Source: Pirellulales bacterium (GTDB lineage Bacteria; Planctomycetota; Planctomycetia; Pirellulales; JBBDJB01). From it: a stretch of 64,000 nucleotides of DNA. Shown here one piece after another: positions 61,001 through 64,000 of the stretch (position 1 is the first letter of the stretch; each line of letters starts with the position of its first letter). The stretch covers positions 11,090-75,089 of the forward strand of contig JBBDJB010000032.1 in the NCBI GenBank assembly GCA_040880125.1. The letters are read 5' to 3'. The notes under the pieces were generated by a model. That model was not told the origin of the DNA, did not search any database, and was given only the letters and a program-made list of their open reading frames with translations. A program made the position numbers and the translations under genes.

Positions 61001-62575
61001 CTGTTGGGCATCCGGGACATCACGGGGCGAAAGCTCTCCGAGGAGGCGCTGAGGGAGCGAGAGCAACAGTTTCGCACCCTGGTCGAGCAAGTGCAGGACT
61101 ATGCGATCTTTATGCTGGACCCCGAAGGCAGGGGAATCAGTTGGAACGAAGGCGTAGGACGCGTGCTGGGATTCGAGGAGTACGAATTCATCGGGATGGA
61201 CGTCTCCGCGAAGATCTTCACACCGGAGGACGTCGCCGCGGGGGTTCCGCAGGCGGAGTTCGATACGGCGATCGAAAAAGGCAAAGCCAACAATGATCGT
61301 TGGATGCGGCGCAAGGATGGCACCCTTTTCTGGGCCGCAGGCATTACGACGGCTCTGCGCGACGACGGCAATCTGCTCGGATTCATGAAAGTGATGCGGG
61401 ACCAGACCGAGCAGAAGCGATTGGAAGACGAGTTGCGGCAGGTTGCGGCGGAGATGTCCGATGCCAACCGGCGCAAGGACGAGTTCCTGGCGACACTGGC
61501 TCATGAACTGCGCAATCCGCTGGCTCCCATCCGGACCGGGTTGGAGTTGATCGCCACGGATCGCGAGAACTCGGCCGTCTTTGAAGAGACGCGGGCAATG
61601 ATGCAGCGGCAGACCGATCAACTGGTCACGCTGGTCAACGATTTGCTCGACATCTCACGCATCTCCCGGGGCGCATTCAAGTTGCGACGGAGCCAGGTGC
61701 CATTGAGCGACGTGGTTCGAAACGCCGTCGAAACCTCGCGGCCCCTCATTGGTGAAGCGAGACACCAACTTAACGTAAGTTTGCCGGAACACACCTGCAT
61801 TCTCCACGTCGATCCCAATCGACTGGCGCAGATTCTGGCGAACCTTTTGAACAATGCCGTAAAGTATACACCTCCGGAAGGGCATATTTCTTTGTGCGCC
61901 GAAGTTACGGATGCGGACGTGCTCTTTACCGTGCGGGACTCCGGCTACGGCATTCCGCAGGATGAATTGCAACATATCTTCGAGATGTTCGGCCAGATCG
62001 AACGGCCCGATCAGCAATTCACCGGACTGGGGATCGGGCCCACCCTGGCGAAGCAATTGGTAGAAATGCACGGTGGTGAGATCTCCGTTCACAGCGAAGG
62101 TGCCGGCAAGGGAAGTGAATTCAGCGTGCGCATCCCGATCGGCAATGGCGAGCCGTCCCCCGAGCCGCCGGCGGCGGCTCCAGTGCCGGACTCGCCGGCG
62201 AGAAAGCTGCGAGTTCTGGTAGTGGACGATAATCGCGATGCCGCAAAACTGCTTGGCACGCTCGTACGACGGCTGGGACACGAAGTTCGGTCCGCCACGG
62301 ACGGGCTGCAGGCGATCGAAGTGGCGTCCGAATTCCGTCCGCACGTGGTGCTGATGGACCTGGGCATGCCGAAGATGAACGGCTACGAGGCGGCCCAGCA
62401 CATCCGGTTGCAACACTGGGGACAGGAGATGACGCTCGTCGCCCTGACCGGATGGGGCCAGGACGAGGACCGCCGGCGGACGCAACAGGCAGGCTTCGAT
62501 CATCACCTGGTAAAGCCCGCGCAAATCGACGCCTTGACGGCAATTCTCGCGCAACATTCTGGAAAAACGGATTGA
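58040..62575 (+). CDS. CheB-methylesterase / CheR-methyltransferase / coiled-coil / PAS x3 / HisKA-HATPase / receiver megafusion kinase
   Basis: The start is moved to ATG 58040 (MAKKRPGN...). CheB-type: VIGIGASAGGLAALRQFF and VVQNPGEAEYDGMPQSA. CheR-type: FFRDREVFE...IRVWSVGCATGEEAFSVAMLL. Coiled coil: NEEMQSTNEELRSMMEELETSKEELQSMNEELQTVNQE. HisKA: RKDEFLATLAHELRNPLAPIR. Receiver: VLVVDDNRDAAKL...VLMDLGMPKMNGYEA...LVKP. Confidence 0.92.
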   Translation: MAKKRPGNPSESSEQGTAGTEADQPTEVLDQRDQRIRPEKHFPVIGIGASAGGLAALRQFFANVPENSGVAFVVVVHLSPEHKSHLAELLQPHVKMPVEQVSKTLPLEANHVYVIPPGANLDTIDTHLRLSELEKRRQERAPIDHFLRTLAATHESSAIGVILTGTGSDGTLGMKEIKEKGGLTVVQNPGEAEYDGMPQSAIATGLIDLVLPLASIPEAVLRFVRTQPQIPHAEEDESMAEETRRLLQKIFAQLRARTGRDFSRYKRSTILRRIQRRMQLRQIEQFSRYLETVHDEPDEIRRLADDLLITVTSFFRDREVFEKLEKDVIPQLFEGKGPKDEIRVWSVGCATGEEAFSVAMLLLEEARRRDCPPRIQVFASDLHERSLRQAREGFYPGDVETDVSPERLKRFFVHEEGGYRIRNEVRELVVYAPHNLMGDPPFSRLDLATCRNLLIYIQRDVQRDIIELFHYALKPEGYLVLGTSEMIEAGDLFRVEDKKCCIYRKRNVPAPEPRLPVFPLERSRKAMQDGHADPQSAPMAFGALHQRIVEQYAPPSILISPDDKVVHLSEHAGRYLLTPGGEPTMNVYQLVRRELHLELRTALDVARSKHEPVTTQPVLVRFDGEARFVVMHVRPSVEPRPDEFAVVLFEGRPTAEVHGEEMHAAGPKKSSSLTNDQVTDHAQDLELELRQTRQRLQVIIEEYEAGQEEMRASNEEMQSTNEELRSMMEELETSKEELQSMNEELQTVNQENRHKVEELSQLSSDLQNLLAATDIATVFLDRELRILRFTPRAGELFSVRMTDRGRPLSDLTHRLGYGTLHEDAAQVLDNLIPIEREVEDDSGRCYLTRVMPYRSLEDHILGIVITLVDITSRKKAEEELAAAKEYAESIVETLHEPLLVLDRDLNVKSCNSAFYEHFQVSPLNTAGKKVYELGNGQWDIPALRKVLEDVLPTNEEFNEYEVTHEFDTIGRRVMLLNGRRLDSVQLILLGIRDITGRKLSEEALREREQQFRTLVEQVQDYAIFMLDPEGRGISWNEGVGRVLGFEEYEFIGMDVSAKIFTPEDVAAGVPQAEFDTAIEKGKANNDRWMRRKDGTLFWAAGITTALRDDGNLLGFMKVMRDQTEQKRLEDELRQVAAEMSDANRRKDEFLATLAHELRNPLAPIRTGLELIATDRENSAVFEETRAMMQRQTDQLVTLVNDLLDISRISRGAFKLRRSQVPLSDVVRNAVETSRPLIGEARHQLNVSLPEHTCILHVDPNRLAQILANLLNNAVKYTPPEGHISLCAEVTDADVLFTVRDSGYGIPQDELQHIFEMFGQIERPDQQFTGLGIGPTLAKQLVEMHGGEISVHSEGAGKGSEFSVRIPIGNGEPSPEPPAAAPVPDSPARKLRVLVVDDNRDAAKLLGTLVRRLGHEVRSATDGLQAIEVASEFRPHVVLMDLGMPKMNGYEAAQHIRLQHWGQEMTLVALTGWGQDEDRRRTQQAGFDHHLVKPAQIDALTAILAQHSGKTD

Positions 62576-62641
62576 GAAGTACGGATCGAGACAAAAACGT
62601 ACGTTGACAAAATATCAGGCGGGATTTTGAGGAGCGACGGA

Positions 62642-63040
62642 ATGGTGGAACAGGATGTGACGGAGAAGATCGCCATCGCCCTGGCGGAGGATAATGCGGA
62701 TATGCGGCGTTTGATGGTGCGATTGCTCGACCATCTCGGGTACCACGTCGTCTGCGCAGCTTCCAACGGCGCGGAATTGCTGGAATCGTGCTTCGAAGGT
62801 AAGGTCGATGTCGTACTGGTGGACCTGGATATGCCACTCGTAGACGGATTGGAGGCGGCCGAGGAGATTTCACAGAAGGGTATCCCTGTCGTGTTGATCT
62901 CGGGGATGCCGGACTCGGAATATCTCGTGCTGGAACAGGAGCCGATCACCGTGCGGCTTTCTAAGCCGGTAACTTCCGAGGCATTGCAAGCAGCGATACA
63001 GATGGCGCTCGACAGCGGGCCGCCCCGCAAGCCGAGGTAG
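62642..63040 (+). CDS. single-domain response regulator (receiver only)
   Basis: The start is moved to ATG 62642 (GAGGAG 7 nt upstream). IAIALAEDNADMRRLM...DVVLVDLDMPLVDGLEAAE...LSKP is a receiver fold with the phospho-acceptor D in VLVDLDMP. Confidence 0.85.
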   Translation: MVEQDVTEKIAIALAEDNADMRRLMVRLLDHLGYHVVCAASNGAELLESCFEGKVDVVLVDLDMPLVDGLEAAEEISQKGIPVVLISGMPDSEYLVLEQEPITVRLSKPVTSEALQAAIQMALDSGPPRKPR

Positions 63041-63209
63041 CTTCGCGGCGGCGGACGGAGACGAAGTGCCCGCACGGGTGGGGCGTTTTTCCGGCGAGGC
63101 GTTCCGCCGACAGCGGGCCAGGTTGCCGATGGTCTGCGCGACGCCTACAATTCCCACGCCTCGATCTGGTGGCTTTGCGCTGTACTTGTCCTCACTCGGC
63201 AGCCGCGCC

Positions 63210-63587
63210 ATGCCCGACTACAAAAGCATTGACGTTCAACAGATTGGTCCGGTCACCGTCGTTAAGCCCAGCCTGGACCGAATCGTTCACCACGATGCCA
63301 TTCAAGCCATCTCCGACGATCTAATGGAGCTGGTTGCCACGGAGGCGGTCAACAACCTCGTGCTCTCTTTGAAGCGAGTCTCGCGTTATTCCTCCGAGGC
63401 GATCGGTGGGCTGATCCGCGTCGAGAAGCAACTGCGAGCCAAGGGCGGCCAGATGAAGCTCTGCATGGACGACGACCTGCGAGAGCTGTTTCGCATCGCC
63501 AGCCTGGACGGCACGCTCTTCGAGATCTTCGACTCCGAATCGGACGCCGTGGCCGCTTTCTTCGAGCACGGCCGCGACGTGCTGTGA
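63210..63587 (+). CDS. STAS-domain protein (anti-sigma-factor antagonist-like)
   Basis: The start is moved to ATG 63210. The 125-aa sequence ...IGPVTVVKPSLDRIVHHDAIQAISDDLMELV...NLVLSLKRVSRYSSEAIGGLIRVEKQLRAKGGQMKLC...LRELFRIASLDGTLFEIFDSE follows the SpoIIAA/STAS pattern. Confidence 0.75.
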   Translation: MPDYKSIDVQQIGPVTVVKPSLDRIVHHDAIQAISDDLMELVATEAVNNLVLSLKRVSRYSSEAIGGLIRVEKQLRAKGGQMKLCMDDDLRELFRIASLDGTLFEIFDSESDAVAAFFEHGRDVL

Positions 63588-63778
63588 TGTCCCCGGCAGG
63601 CTTTTGCTGAGGCGAAACGCCAGGCTGCCACTTGGACGCATTCACCGCGTACCGGTCACGCTAGCACCCCAGCGACTGCAGGAGCTGGGAGCGACGTTGT
63701 CGGCTTTCGCCGTTCACGATCGGCGGCCGCTTCGCTATAAGATACACTTGGGAACTGCCACGCACGCAAGGATGCGGA

Positions 63779-64000
63779 ATGAAGTGCTGGTCCGACGAGC
63801 GACGCGTTGTGGTCACGGGATTGGGCGTCGTCTGCCCGCTGGGGCTCACCCTCGATGACCTTTGGCGGTCGCTCACACAACCGCTACATACTCTATCGCA
63901 GTCAGTGGCGAACGGTGCGATTGCCGGCTTTCAGGGCCGGATCGACGACTTTGGGCCACTCACGCCGGTGGCTCGTAAATCGCTGCGCAAAGCGCTGAAG
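63779..64000 (+). CDS. beta-ketoacyl-ACP synthase family protein (N-terminal fragment, continues beyond the window)
   Basis: My translation from ATG 63779 is MKCWSDERRVVVTGLGVVCPLGLTLDDLWRSL...; RRVVVTGLGVVxPLG is the canonical KAS I/II N-terminus. The frame is open to the window edge. Confidence 0.7.
   Translation, partial: MKCWSDERRVVVTGLGVVCPLGLTLDDLWRSLTQPLHTLSQSVANGAIAGFQGRIDDFGPLTPVARKSLRKALK

Overview
This is a 64-kb, high-G+C, gene-dense bacterial chromosome segment. By inference only, the gene content looks like Planctomycetota (Pirellulales-like): a PSCyt1/DUF1549/DUF1553 + DUF1501 pair, a Cys-type sulfatase, a HAF-repeat PEP-CTERM protein, a DUF11 surface protein, a secreted prenyltransferase-fold protein, giant ORFs and a CheB-CheR-PAS-kinase megafusion. 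I call 31 protein-coding genes (two partial at the window edges), two probable pseudogenes, one low-confidence mini-ORF and one tRNA-Leu(TAG). I saw no rRNA, no CRISPR array and no intact mobile element. Housekeeping anchors are glgB, topA, groES, ppc, egtB-egtD and an IMPase-family gene. The 'M' in the ORF track can stand for GTG or TTG (checked at 353, 40992 and 62627), so several starts were re-assigned from signal peptides, SD boxes and family lengths. Five things deserve a second look. (1) A 10.2-kb locus (10966-21176, minus strand) holds two translationally coupled giant genes. They resolve into three tandem, mutually paralogous ~1,100-aa modules (signal peptide, ectodomain, 3 TM helices) with no domain I can name. 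(2) A bacterial homologue of archaeo-eukaryotic release factor eRF1/Pelota (53801-54895) carries GGW-SQQ where eRF1 has GGQ. (3) A decayed, lower-G+C island lies next to tRNA-Leu, with a truncated tyrosine integrase and degraded cargo (44.3-50.8 kb). (4) A secreted D-aminoacylase is fused to an M19 dipeptidase. (5) An orphan strong intrinsic terminator in an otherwise gene-free plus-strand stretch suggests an unannotated small RNA or leader (22.4-22.67 kb).
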